Source: Desulfuromonas sp. (GTDB lineage: Bacteria > Desulfobacterota > Desulfuromonadia > Desulfuromonadales > UBA2294). Taken from it: a stretch of 64,000 nt of DNA. The notes beneath the pieces were generated by a model. The model made no database searches and had not been told where the DNA came from. It was given only the letters and a program-made list of their open reading frames with translations. A program made the position numbers and the translations under genes. Below, one piece after another: positions 30,612 to 41,931 of this stretch (its first letter is position 1; each line of letters begins with the position of its first letter). The stretch covers positions 125,896 through 189,895 of the forward strand of contig PKUH01000110.1 of assembly GCA_002869615.1 (NCBI GenBank), in the 5' to 3' direction.

Positions 30612-33593
30612 TCATAACTCCCTGAGAGGCTCTTGCCAGGCCTCTTTAAGGTCTTCCAGTTTTGACTTGACCAGAATCTCGCCGCGCAATCCGGTCACCA
30701 GTAATTCCTGTTCCCTGGTAACCTCACCGATAAGGGAGCAGGACTGGCCGGCGAACAGCTCTTCAAAAGCTACCGAGTTCTTCGGATGCACGGACACCAG
30801 TAATCGGCTTTGCGATTCCGAGAAAAGCAGACGATCTTCACGCATGCCGGCAGCAACTTCAACTTCGCGCAGATCAGCCCGGATACCGTAACCGCCGGCA
30901 AAAGCGGTTTCGGCGAGGGCAACCGCGAGGCCGCCATCGGAAAGGTCGTGACAGGAGGCGATCAGCTGCTGGTCCTGTGCCTTGTTGACGGCACGATAAC
31001 GGTGCATTGCGCTTGCGGCATCAACTTGCGGCACGTTGGCACCAAGGCAGCCTTGCATATCGTAATATTCCGACCCGCCGAGTTCATCAGCCGTCTGACC
31101 GAGCAGATAGACCAGGTCACCGGGGCGCTTGGCATCCATGGTGACTGCCTTGCGGATGTCTTCGATCTTGCCGATCACCGAAAACAGAACCGTCGGCGGG
31201 ATTGAAATCCTGGTGTCGCCGATCTGGTAATCGTTCTTCATCGAATCTTTACCGGAGATCAGCGGTACACCGAAGGCGACACAGTAATCGTAGAGCGCCT
31301 GGTTGGCGCGCACCAGCTGCGCCGCCTTGTAGGCGCCATCCGGAGTCTTTTCGCTCTCGACCGGATCGCACCAGCAGAAATTATCGAGACCTGCGACATG
31401 ATCGATATTGCCGCCGGTCGCGACAAAATTGCGCAGCCCCTCGTCGATCGCACTCGCCATCATGTGATAGGTGTCGATGTCACTGTAGCGAGGGCAGAGT
31501 CCATGCGAGACGACGATCCCTTCAAACGAATCGAACAGCGGCCGGACAACAGCCGCATCGGAAGGCCCGTCGTTATCGGCACCGGTCAAAGGCTTGACAA
31601 TGGTCGCCGCCTGAACCTCATGGTCGTAACGTCGGACCACCGATTCTTTCGAACAGATATTGAGCCGGCTCAGCATGTGGCGCAGGGTTGCACCCATGTC
31701 GAGTGGCTGCGCGAATGTCGGCTCGGCATGTCCCTTGTCCTCCCAGCGTGCAGGGATCTCCATTTGCGGCACACCGTCGTGGATGAAGTCCATCTCGAGG
31801 CAGGAAACCGTGCGACCGGCGTAAAGACAGTGAAACAAGCCATTATCGGTGAAGATGCCGAGATCGGAGACTTCGACATCCATTTCATCGGCCAGGGTCA
31901 TGAATTCGTCGAGCTTGTCCGGCGCCACCGCCATGGTCATTCTTTCCTGGGCTTCCGAGATCAGGATTTCCCACGGTTGCAAACCGGGGTACTTGAGTGG
32001 CGCCCGGTCGAGATGCATCTCGAATCCGTTGGTAAATTCGGCCATCTCACCAACCGATGACGAAAGGCCGCCGGCCCCGTTATCGGTGATTGCGTTGTAA
32101 AGGCCGCGGTCACGAGCGATGATCAGGAAATCGAACATCTTGCGCTGGGTAATCGGGTCACCGATCTGAACCGCCGTAACCGGCGAATCTTCATGCAGCT
32201 CCTCGGACGAAAAGGTTGCGCCGTGGATGCCGTCTTTGCCGATCCGGCCGCCGGCCATAATGATATGGTCACCGACTTTCGCTTCTTTCTCGTGACAAGG
32301 TTGGCCGTTGAGCTGTCGCGGCATGATCGAACCGGTCCCGCAGTAAACCAGAGGTTTGCCGGCAAAGCGTTCATCAAAATAGATCGAGCCATTCACCGTC
32401 GGAATGCCCGACTTGTTGCCACCATGCTCAACCCCCTCGACAACCCCTTCAAAAATACGCCGGGGATGCAGTAATCGCGGTGGCAGCGGTTTATTATAAA
32501 AAGGCGAAGCGAAACAGAAGACATCGGTATTGAACGCGAGGCGGGCCCCCATGCCGGTACCATAGGCATCGCGGTTAACCCCGACGATGCCGGTCAGGGC
32601 GCCGCCATACGGATCGAGGGCGCTCGGCGAATTGTGGGTTTCAACTTTAAAAACCATGCTCCAGTCATTATTGAACTCAACGACTCCGGCGTTATCCTTA
32701 AAGACCGACAAACAGATATCATCATCGCCTTTAGCTTTTCGGATATCGGCAGTCGCTTTCATGATGTAGGATTTGAAAAGAGAATTGATACTCTGCGTTT
32801 GCCCGGTCCCGTCATCGTACTCGATGCGGGCCGAAAAGATCTTGTGCTTACAGTGTTCGCTCCAGGTCTGGGCCAGGGCCTCAAGTTCGACATCGGTTAA
32901 TTTGTCCGATAGACCGTAGCGTTTGCGTTTCTCGACAACCTCAGGCTGGCGGATATGCGCCTGAATCGTTTTCATCTCCTCAAGGTTGAGAGCGAGCATG
33001 CCGTCGCGGCTGATCTGCATCAACTCAGCGTCGGAAACTTCGAGGTCGATTTCTCGCACGACCGGCTCCGAACCACCGGTAACGCGAGGCAGCGACGCCG
33101 GAATTCCGCCACTCTCCGCAAACTCCTTGGCATCCATGATCGTCCAGCGCTGAATCAAACCATTGGCGAGGAATCCGGAGACAACCTTTTCTGCCAACTG
33201 CCGATCCAGATCGCCATTAAGCAGGTACTGAACCGAGGTATAAACCGCTTCACCCTCGGCAAACCGGCGGCCGGTCTGGTACTGGATCGCCTCACGCGCC
33301 GTCCGGCCGGTATTGTCGGTCACCCCGGGCCGGAAACCGATTTCGATCAATATATCGAAGCTGGTGGCCAGCGGTTGATCTATTGCATATTCCTGGATAA
33401 CCGGGTCGCTGAACGGTCCGGCCGCCGCATCCTGCAACTCCGTGGCAGTCAGATCCGAGTCAATCGTGTAAACATCGATGGTCCGGACCTGTTCCAGCTC
33501 GATACCGAGATGTTCCCTGATCTGCCGTTTGGCCCTCTCGCCACGTGCATCACGGATACCCTCCTTCAAACCGACCAGAATTCTGTTTGCCAT
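30612..33593 (-). CDS. purL: phosphoribosylformylglycinamidine synthase, PurS-PurL fusion
   Basis: 993 aa with an N-terminal PurS-like about 80 aa, then PurL AIRS/AIRS_C repeats. Confidence 0.93.
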   Translation of the reverse strand: MANRILVGLKEGIRDARGERAKRQIREHLGIELEQVRTIDVYTIDSDLTATELQDAAAGPFSDPVIQEYAIDQPLATSFDILIEIGFRPGVTDNTGRTAREAIQYQTGRRFAEGEAVYTSVQYLLNGDLDRQLAEKVVSGFLANGLIQRWTIMDAKEFAESGGIPASLPRVTGGSEPVVREIDLEVSDAELMQISRDGMLALNLEEMKTIQAHIRQPEVVEKRKRYGLSDKLTDVELEALAQTWSEHCKHKIFSARIEYDDGTGQTQSINSLFKSYIMKATADIRKAKGDDDICLSVFKDNAGVVEFNNDWSMVFKVETHNSPSALDPYGGALTGIVGVNRDAYGTGMGARLAFNTDVFCFASPFYNKPLPPRLLHPRRIFEGVVEGVEHGGNKSGIPTVNGSIYFDERFAGKPLVYCGTGSIMPRQLNGQPCHEKEAKVGDHIIMAGGRIGKDGIHGATFSSEELHEDSPVTAVQIGDPITQRKMFDFLIIARDRGLYNAITDNGAGGLSSSVGEMAEFTNGFEMHLDRAPLKYPGLQPWEILISEAQERMTMAVAPDKLDEFMTLADEMDVEVSDLGIFTDNGLFHCLYAGRTVSCLEMDFIHDGVPQMEIPARWEDKGHAEPTFAQPLDMGATLRHMLSRLNICSKESVVRRYDHEVQAATIVKPLTGADNDGPSDAAVVRPLFDSFEGIVVSHGLCPRYSDIDTYHMMASAIDEGLRNFVATGGNIDHVAGLDNFCWCDPVESEKTPDGAYKAAQLVRANQALYDYCVAFGVPLISGKDSMKNDYQIGDTRISIPPTVLFSVIGKIEDIRKAVTMDAKRPGDLVYLLGQTADELGGSEYYDMQGCLGANVPQVDAASAMHRYRAVNKAQDQQLIASCHDLSDGGLAVALAETAFAGGYGIRADLREVEVAAGMREDRLLFSESQSRLLVSVHPKNSVAFEELFAGQSCSLIGEVTREQELLVTGLRGEILVKSKLEDLKEAWQEPLREL

Positions 33594-33671
33594 AGTTTCT
33601 CCAAAAATTTTAAATCAGTAGCCAGTTGTCAGTTACCAGCCAACTGCCTGCCAGTCACTGCCGACTGGTTT

Positions 33672-34970
33672 CTAGCTTTCTTCAAAGACTCTTTTGAAAA
33701 TCGTATCAACATGCTTGAGATGATAACCGAGATCGAACGATTGCTTGACTTTCTCGACGCCGAGCGCCTTGACCACGTCAGCATCGGCCAAAAGCTCTTC
33801 CTGGAAGTCCTTGCCCTCTTCCCATACCTTCATGGCGTTGCGTTGAACAATGCGATAGGCATCCTCGCGTGACACCCCGGACTGGGTCAGGTCGAGCAGA
33901 ATTTTCTGCGAGAAAACGAGGCCGCGCATCTGGTTCAGGTTCTTCATCATATTTTCCGGATATACAACCAGGTTTTTGATCAGACCGCTCAGGCGGCGTA
34001 GCGAGAAATCGAGGGCGACCGTCGCATCGGGCCCGATATAACGCTCAACCGAGGAATGCGAGATATCCCGTTCGTGCCAGAGCGCGACATTCTCCAGTGC
34101 CGGCATGCACATGCCGCGAATGTAGCGGGCCTGACCGGTCAGGTTCTCGGTCAGAATCGGATTACGTTTATGCGGCATGGCGCTCGAGCCTTTTTGCCCT
34201 TTGGAGAAGAACTCCTCTGCTTCGAGAACCTCGGTCCGCTGCAGGTGGCGTATTTCGACAGCGATTCTCTCCATCGACGAAGCAATGATGGCGAGAGTAC
34301 AAAATAGTTCGGCATGCCGATCGCGCGGGATGACCTGGGTCGAGACCGGCTCCGGCTTCAGCCCCAGTTTTTCACAGACATACTCTTCGACGTCCGGCTG
34401 AATATTGGCAAAGGTCCCGACGGCACCGGAAATCGCTCCGGTCGCGATCGCTTCGCGGGCCGAATTCAGCCGGCGCCGGTTACGTTTCATTTCGGCGTAC
34501 CAGCTCGCAAGCTTCAGGCCGAAGGTGACCGGCTCGGCATGAATACCATGTGACCGGCCCATGCAGACCGTATCTTTATGCTCGTAGGCACGCTCCTTGA
34601 TCGCATCGAGCACCATGTCGAGATCAATCAGCAATTCGTCAGCAGCCTGAACGAGCTGGACGGACAGGCAGGTATCGAGGACATCAGAAGAGGTCATGCC
34701 CTGATGAATGAAGCGGGCTTCCGGTCCGACAAACTCTGCCACCGAAGTTAAAAAAGCGATAACATCATGTTTGACCTCGGCTTCAATGGCGTCAATCCGC
34801 TCAATATCGAAATCACCCTTCTCACGAATCACCTTGACCGCTTCCTGCGGAATAATGCCGAGATCAGCCATCTTTTCACAGGCCAGCGTTTCTATTTCCA
34901 GCCAGATTTTAAACCTGTTTTCCGGCTCCCATATCGCCGCCATCTGCGGACGGGTATAGCGTGGTATCAT
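33672..34970 (-). CDS. purB: adenylosuccinate lyase
   Basis: 432 aa with the fumarate-lyase signature GSSAMPHKRNP. Confidence 0.95.
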   Translation of the reverse strand: MIPRYTRPQMAAIWEPENRFKIWLEIETLACEKMADLGIIPQEAVKVIREKGDFDIERIDAIEAEVKHDVIAFLTSVAEFVGPEARFIHQGMTSSDVLDTCLSVQLVQAADELLIDLDMVLDAIKERAYEHKDTVCMGRSHGIHAEPVTFGLKLASWYAEMKRNRRRLNSAREAIATGAISGAVGTFANIQPDVEEYVCEKLGLKPEPVSTQVIPRDRHAELFCTLAIIASSMERIAVEIRHLQRTEVLEAEEFFSKGQKGSSAMPHKRNPILTENLTGQARYIRGMCMPALENVALWHERDISHSSVERYIGPDATVALDFSLRRLSGLIKNLVVYPENMMKNLNQMRGLVFSQKILLDLTQSGVSREDAYRIVQRNAMKVWEEGKDFQEELLADADVVKALGVEKVKQSFDLGYHLKHVDTIFKRVFEES

Positions 34971-35824
34971 TTACAGACTCCTTTAATTTTGTCTATTTGA
35001 AAGCAGAAGCTGGCATCTTTCTGAGTCCCGATGATGAGCTCAGGCTGACAGATGTTTTGCCGGGCCAGAACTTCGGCAGCGCCGGCATAGGCCATCTCCG
35101 GCTCATTATTCTCTTCACTCAGGTGGGCGAGAAAAACCGCTTCAAGCCCATCCCACATCAATCCACCGAGCAGTTCGGCCGAGGCTGTATTGGAAAGATG
35201 TCCCTGGTTGCTCTTTATTCGCTGTTTGAGATGCCACGGATACGGACCGTCCTGGAGCATTTGTTCATCGTGATTTGATTCGAGTATCAGTACCCGGCTC
35301 TCTTTGAGATAATCTGCTACCAGCCGAGTCGCAATGCCGAGATCGGTCGCCACGCTGATTTTACCCTCAGTCGTGTTGACAACAAACCCGACCGGAGCCC
35401 TGGCATCATGCGTAATCGGAAAAGGTGTGACTTCGAGATCGCGTAGAGTAAAAGCAGTTCCGATATCGAATTCCATGATCCGGTCCAGTTTGCCTGGCCG
35501 CGGGAGTGCGTTGAATGTCTCAGGGTGTATGCAGAGAGGCAACCCGAATCGCCGGGCCATCGGGCCAACACCCCGAACATGATCGAGATGCTCGTGCGTG
35601 ATCAGAATGGCATCAAGCGAATCGGCTTCAATACCGATTTGCCCCAGACGACGTTCGGTCTCTCTGGCAGAAAGACCGACATCGATCAAAAGCCGCGTTT
35701 CACCGGCTTCGATAAAGACAGCATTACCCTTGCTGCCGCTTGCTAACAGACAGACACGCAAAAACAGATCTCCCGGGCCCTTCAGGGCGGTGCATATATA
35801 CCGCATCCGACATCCTGGTAGCAA
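34967..35824 (-). CDS. MBL-fold metallo-hydrolase
   Basis: HEHLDH motif. ATGA overlap with the purB start. The 5' end is uncertain (alternative ATG at 35806). Confidence 0.8.
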   Translation of the reverse strand: MLPGCRMRYICTALKGPGDLFLRVCLLASGSKGNAVFIEAGETRLLIDVGLSARETERRLGQIGIEADSLDAILITHEHLDHVRGVGPMARRFGLPLCIHPETFNALPRPGKLDRIMEFDIGTAFTLRDLEVTPFPITHDARAPVGFVVNTTEGKISVATDLGIATRLVADYLKESRVLILESNHDEQMLQDGPYPWHLKQRIKSNQGHLSNTASAELLGGLMWDGLEAVFLAHLSEENNEPEMAYAGAAEVLARQNICQPELIIGTQKDASFCFQIDKIKGVCK

Positions 35825-35852
35825 GAAAAAACAGGGTCGGTAACGTCATCAT

Positions 35853-37982
35853 TCAACTCAACTTGTAAGAGTGAAGATCGGCACTTTTCACAACATCGGG
35901 AAGGAGCACGACGAAAGTACTTCCCGGGAGTTGTTCCGGGTCGTATCCGGAGCTTTCAACCCGCAGTACACCGTGGTGAAGATCGACAAAACCTTTGGCA
36001 ATCGACAAACCGAGGCCGGTCCCTTTGCCCTTGAACGCCGATCGGGCTGTGAAATGGCCGCCGATCTCTCCGACCTCGTAAAACTTGTCAAAGATATGCT
36101 GCTGGTCCTTTTCTGCAATACCGATACCGGTGTCCCTGATCGAAATTTCGATGTAGGGAATCTTTTCACGAGTCCCTTCATCCTCCGGCGTGGTCTGTTC
36201 TGAAACGGCTGTTCGGTCGATAGCTGGATAATCATTCACCCGGCGGGTTTTGATGGTTATCGTTCCGTTATCCGGCGTGAACTTGATAGCATTGCTGATC
36301 AGGTTGGTCAGAACCTGATTGATCCGTTCTTCGTCACACCACAGCTCCGTAACATTATCGGCCAGATCAAGAACAAGTGACTGGTTTCTGCGCCTGAAAA
36401 AGTAATCCATCTGACCGGTAACACTATCAAGCAGTTTTCTGACCTCGACTTTCTGACAGCGCAAGCGAATATTCTGGTTGTCAAGCAAAGTGACATCAAC
36501 CATATCCCGGACGATCGTCGAAAGCCGCTCGGCCGATCGACTGATATGTTCAATCATCGGCAGAGCCTGCGCGCCGACCAGGGGGGACATTTCACCCAGC
36601 AGCAGTTCGGTATAGCCGAGGATAACGGTCAGCGGGGTTTTCAGTTCGTGCGAGGCAACGCCGAGGAAGGAGTCCTTCATTTCGTTGAGACGTTCAAGCT
36701 CGGAAGCACTCTTTTCAAGATTCATTGTTACTTCACGCTCCCGTGTTACATCACGAACGATCGTCTGGACAATACGCTTACCCTCCCGGTCAACTATTGG
36801 CGAACACTTGGCCCAGCCGATCAGAGCCGACTTGTCGGAGGGGCGGACAAATCGTATCTCGGTTTCAAGGGTCTGACCGTGCAGCACAGTCATATAGAGA
36901 TTGGCGATCCCGCCAGCCTCATCAACATTGAGATCGGCGAGAAAATCGACGAGCGGCTGCCCCTCGGCCCGTTGCCTCGATATTGCAAACAGGGATTCGG
37001 CCGCCTTGTTGATCATCATGATGCGGTTTTCATCATCACTGACAATGATAGCATCGGAAGCATCATCGAGCAGCAGGCGGTACATTTCACGGCTGCGCAC
37101 AAGTTCATGACCAATAAGTTCCTGTTGCTCATACGAATCGCGCAATTGCGCGTTCGACTCTTCGAGAACCAGGTAGTTCTGGTGGATTTCGCTGTCACGT
37201 TCCTTGAGTGACCTTGCCATCTCGCGCAATGAACGCCCCAGCTGTTCAAATTCGAGGGTGACCTGTTGCGGGATGGAAACATCAAATTGACCACCGGAAA
37301 TCTGGGTTGCGACATTCTCAAGCTGACGCAGCGGACGGATAACGTCCCGTTTGACAAAAACAACGATCATGACTACCGCCAGCGCAAAAGCCCCGATCAG
37401 AATCACAATAGCGCGCTGAATCATCGAAGATGTCTTGTCAGCCACAACCTGAACCGGAATGCCGATTCTGATCCGGCCGGCCAACTCACTCGAAGCATCA
37501 TAAAACGGTTGCTGGATGTCATAAAAATCGCCAAAGGTTGAAAAGCCGAGAACAACACGATCTTTTTCAACTTTTCGCAAGTGAGCCTGATCGGAAGCAT
37601 AGTCCTTGAATGAATCAGAGCCGAAGACAACTTTACCGGAGACATCCTCGACCAGAACATAGGAGATTGCCGGATCAGATTCTGCGAGGAGAGCGCAGCG
37701 CTCATTAATGCCCGAAACATCTTGCAAATCGATCCCGAAACCGAGAACTTTTTCGATAGAGGATTTCAGGCTGGCGCCAACCGAATGGCTGCGCAGGATC
37801 AGGGAATTTCGATAATCCTGCCGATAACTCTGCAGGTTAAAGGCCGTATTGGCAACAATGGCAACGGTCAGGGCGAGCAGGGTAAAAAGAACAATCCGTT
37901 TTTCCAGAGTGCGGATCATTATATGGCAGTAACCCAGGGTAAAAGTATAAATCCAGTGCCCGGAAAAAACATAAACGGTCAC
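35853..37982 (-). CDS. sensor histidine kinase (TM-sensor-HAMP-PAS-HisKA-HATPase)
   Basis: 709 aa. H-box FLGVASHELKTPLT, and G boxes DTGIGI and GTGLGLSIA. The start is possibly at 37919. Confidence 0.88.
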   Translation of the reverse strand: MTVYVFSGHWIYTFTLGYCHIMIRTLEKRIVLFTLLALTVAIVANTAFNLQSYRQDYRNSLILRSHSVGASLKSSIEKVLGFGIDLQDVSGINERCALLAESDPAISYVLVEDVSGKVVFGSDSFKDYASDQAHLRKVEKDRVVLGFSTFGDFYDIQQPFYDASSELAGRIRIGIPVQVVADKTSSMIQRAIVILIGAFALAVVMIVVFVKRDVIRPLRQLENVATQISGGQFDVSIPQQVTLEFEQLGRSLREMARSLKERDSEIHQNYLVLEESNAQLRDSYEQQELIGHELVRSREMYRLLLDDASDAIIVSDDENRIMMINKAAESLFAISRQRAEGQPLVDFLADLNVDEAGGIANLYMTVLHGQTLETEIRFVRPSDKSALIGWAKCSPIVDREGKRIVQTIVRDVTREREVTMNLEKSASELERLNEMKDSFLGVASHELKTPLTVILGYTELLLGEMSPLVGAQALPMIEHISRSAERLSTIVRDMVDVTLLDNQNIRLRCQKVEVRKLLDSVTGQMDYFFRRRNQSLVLDLADNVTELWCDEERINQVLTNLISNAIKFTPDNGTITIKTRRVNDYPAIDRTAVSEQTTPEDEGTREKIPYIEISIRDTGIGIAEKDQQHIFDKFYEVGEIGGHFTARSAFKGKGTGLGLSIAKGFVDLHHGVLRVESSGYDPEQLPGSTFVVLLPDVVKSADLHSYKLS

Positions 37983-38173
37983 AACAGGACCAGCCGGACA
38001 GATCGATATAAATGGTGTTACTTATTAGCACATCAACCCCTGCCAGAGCAACCAAACTCTGCCCGTTTTTGTAGGTTGACGGAGGAGTTTCTATTGGTTA
38101 TCATCCCCATGCAATAGACCTTGTTATTTCAGTAAACCAAAAATATTTCAAGTACCTTCAGGAGGTAAGAATC

Positions 38174-39175
<1,002 letters not shown>

Positions 39176-39253
39176 ATCTGCCGATACAGAGGGCAGGACA
39201 GTTCTTCTGTCCTGCCCTTCTCTTTACCCCATCGTTCAACAATGAGGTTTTCG

Positions 39254-40468
39254 ATGTCAAAAAAAATAGGTTTACAGGATATCGACCTGCAGGGACAACG
39301 GGTCTTTTGCCGCGTCGACTTCAATGTGCCGATCAATGAAGATGGTACCATTGGCGATGACACCCGGATCACCGCGGCCTTGCCGACCATCCGTCATATC
39401 ATCAATCATGGAGGCAAACTGATTCTGGCGAGTCATCTCGGCCGACCGAAAGGCTCGGTAAACCCTGAGTACAGTCTCGCCCCGGTCGCTCCCTACCTCG
39501 GCAAGCTTCTCGGACGCCCGGTTGCTATGGCCCCGGACTGTATCGGGCCGAAGGTAGAAGCTCTCGTCGATTTTCTCCAAGATGGCGATGTGCTGCTACT
39601 TGAGAATGTCCGATTCCATCAGGGCGAGACCGACAACTATCCGGAGTTCTGCCGACAACTGGCCAAACTCGCCGATATCTATGTTAATGACGCCTTCGGC
39701 ACCGCCCATCGGGCCCACGCCTCGACCGAGGGCGTTGCCAGGTTGCTGCCTACGGCTGCCGCCGGTTTTCTCATGGAAAAAGAACTTGAATACCTTGTCG
39801 GCGCCCTCGCCGCTCCGAAAAAGCCGTTTATTGCAATTATCGGCGGGGCCAAGGTCAGCGACAAGATCCAGGTCATTGAGAACCTGCTCGACAAGGTTGA
39901 CCAGCTGATTATTGGCGGCGGCATGGCCTATACCTTTCTCAAGGCACAAGGTTACGAAATCGGCACTTCACTGGTTGAAAATGATCGAGTCGAAATGGCC
40001 AGCGAACTGCTCAGCCGATCGGTCCGGAAAAATGTTGAAATCCTGCTGCCGCAGGACCACCTGGCCGCTTCCGAATTCTCGGCAGACTCCTTTTACCAGG
40101 AATGCGGCAACGACGATTTCCCCGAAGATGCAATGGGGCTCGATATCGGGCCAAAAACTATAGAAATTTTCAGGAATGCGATTCTGGAAGCCGGCACCGT
40201 TGTCTGGAACGGGCCGATGGGCGTTTTTGAGTTTGATGCCTTCTCCGCCGGCACCTGTGCCATAGCCGAAGCCATGGCCGAGTCGGATGCCCTGACAATC
40301 GTCGGTGGCGGTGATTCGGTCGCGGCGGTCAACAAGACCGGACTGGCCGACCAAATGACCCATATTTCAACCGGCGGTGGTGCATCACTTGAACTGCTTG
40401 AAGGGAAAACCCTTCCCGGCATTGCCGCCCTGACCGACGCCGTCAGTCTCGACCACCCGACATTTTAA
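39254..40468 (+). CDS. pgk: phosphoglycerate kinase
   Basis: Start at the ATG at 39254 (GAGG 7 nt upstream). RVDFNVP and the other Pgk motifs are present. Confidence 0.95.
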   Translation: MSKKIGLQDIDLQGQRVFCRVDFNVPINEDGTIGDDTRITAALPTIRHIINHGGKLILASHLGRPKGSVNPEYSLAPVAPYLGKLLGRPVAMAPDCIGPKVEALVDFLQDGDVLLLENVRFHQGETDNYPEFCRQLAKLADIYVNDAFGTAHRAHASTEGVARLLPTAAAGFLMEKELEYLVGALAAPKKPFIAIIGGAKVSDKIQVIENLLDKVDQLIIGGGMAYTFLKAQGYEIGTSLVENDRVEMASELLSRSVRKNVEILLPQDHLAASEFSADSFYQECGNDDFPEDAMGLDIGPKTIEIFRNAILEAGTVVWNGPMGVFEFDAFSAGTCAIAEAMAESDALTIVGGGDSVAAVNKTGLADQMTHISTGGGASLELLEGKTLPGIAALTDAVSLDHPTF

Positions 40469-40479
40469 GGAGAAAAAAC

Positions 40480-41223
40480 ATGCGTACTCCATTGATCGCA
40501 GGCAACTGGAAACTGAACAAGACCCTGCCCGAGTCAGTCGAACTGGTCGGTGCATTAAAAACTGCCGTCAAGGATGTTGAGAATGTTGAGATCCTGGTCG
40601 CGCCGCCGTTTACGGCTATTTCCATGCTGGCGACCAAACTCGCCGGCAGCAATATCAAGCTCGGTGCCCAGAATTGCTGGTATGAGGAATCCGGCGCCTT
40701 CACGGGAGAAGTCTCACCAACACTGCTCAAGGATGCCGGGTGCGACTACATCATCGTTGGCCACTCCGAGCGCCGGCAGCTTTTCGGTGAATCCAACGAA
40801 ATCATAAACAAAAAGGTCAAGGCGGTTCTGGCTGCCGATATTTCCTGCATCCTCTGCATCGGTGAAACCCTGGAACAGCGGGAAAGCGACCAGATGTTCG
40901 ATATCCTGACAGCCCAGGTCAAAGAAGGGCTTGCCGGAGTCACCGACATGCAGCGCATCGTCATTGCCTACGAACCAGTCTGGGCAATCGGCACCGGCAA
41001 AACAGCGACCAGCGAACAGGCCCAGGAAGTTCACTCCTTTGTCCGCGGCCTGGTCCAGGGCCTGTATGACCCGGAGACGGCAGCAGCGACCCGCATCCTT
41101 TATGGCGGCAGCGTCAAACCCGACAATGTCGATGAATTGATGAGCATGGACGATGTCGATGGAGCATTGGTCGGCGGCGCCAGTCTCAAGGCCGATGACT
41201 TTGCCAGAATCGTCAAATTCTAG
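40480..41223 (+). CDS. tpiA: triose-phosphate isomerase
   Basis: 247 aa with AYEPVWAIGTG and GGASL. Confidence 0.95.
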   Translation: MRTPLIAGNWKLNKTLPESVELVGALKTAVKDVENVEILVAPPFTAISMLATKLAGSNIKLGAQNCWYEESGAFTGEVSPTLLKDAGCDYIIVGHSERRQLFGESNEIINKKVKAVLAADISCILCIGETLEQRESDQMFDILTAQVKEGLAGVTDMQRIVIAYEPVWAIGTGKTATSEQAQEVHSFVRGLVQGLYDPETAAATRILYGGSVKPDNVDELMSMDDVDGALVGGASLKADDFARIVKF

Positions 41224-41289
41224 TAGATTTTTGACTTTTCTTGTGCTAAAGTCCGCCTTCGTTAAAAATCATAAAGCTGGAGTCATTTG

Positions 41290-41658
41290 ATGTCGACATT
41301 ACTTATTGTTTTACACGTCCTTGTCAGCCTGGCGCTGATCTTTATCGTTCTGCTGCAATCCGGGAAAGGAGCTGAAATTGGTGTTTCTCTCGGCAGCGGA
41401 GCCAGCCAGACGGTATTCGGTGCCGGCGGCACCAAAAACTTTATGCACCGTATCACAGTCAGCGCGGCAGTTATCTTCATGCTGACCAGCCTGACCCTGG
41501 CCTACTTCTACGGCCAGCCCGGGTCTTCGAGTATCATGCCGGCCCAGGTTGCACCGGCCGCCGAACAGCCAGCCATGCCGGACCAGAATGCGGCTCCGGC
41601 TCCAACTGAAGCCCCGGCCCCGGCAAAAGAAGCGGCCAAGCCTGCGGACAAGGAATAA
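41290..41658 (+). CDS. secG: preprotein translocase subunit SecG
   Basis: N-terminal LIVLHVLVSLALIFIVLLQSGKGAEIG and a Pro/Ala-rich tail. ATG at 41290 follows GGAG. Confidence 0.88.
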   Translation: MSTLLIVLHVLVSLALIFIVLLQSGKGAEIGVSLGSGASQTVFGAGGTKNFMHRITVSAAVIFMLTSLTLAYFYGQPGSSSIMPAQVAPAAEQPAMPDQNAAPAPTEAPAPAKEAAKPADKE

Positions 41659-41723
41659 ATAAATTCAAGCCCGATTCGCTATTGACAGTAACGGGCTGAA
41701 TCAGTATAAATATTGCTCTTTTT

Positions 41724-41810
41724 GCCGAAGTGGTGGAACTGGTAGACACGCCGTCTTGAGGGGGCGGTGACTTAACGGTCGTGCGAGTTCGAGTCTCGCC
41801 TTCGGCACCA
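41724..41810 (+). tRNA. tRNA-Leu (anticodon GAG)
   Basis: GCCGAAG acceptor stem, long variable arm, T-arm GAGTTCGAGTCTC and encoded CCA. The anticodon loop is TTGAGGG. The secG-tRNA-Leu(GAG) linkage mirrors secG-leuU in E. coli. Confidence 0.92.
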
Positions 41811-41856
41811 TTCAAAAACAAGTAGTTGAAATTACTAGACTTTAACTACAGAATTG

Positions 41857-41913
41857 ACAGCGCTACACAAAATGCTACACTGCGAGGTGAGCTACGTGAG
41901 CGCTGTTTTTTTA
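41857..41913 (+). terminator. hairpin plus T-run after the tRNA, within the track's 5' extension of the integrase ORF
   Basis: CAGCGCT...AGCGCTG inverted repeat followed by TTTTTTTA. It contains GCTACAC twice. Confidence 0.45.
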
Positions 41914-41931
41914 TCTAACATACCGGTCAAT

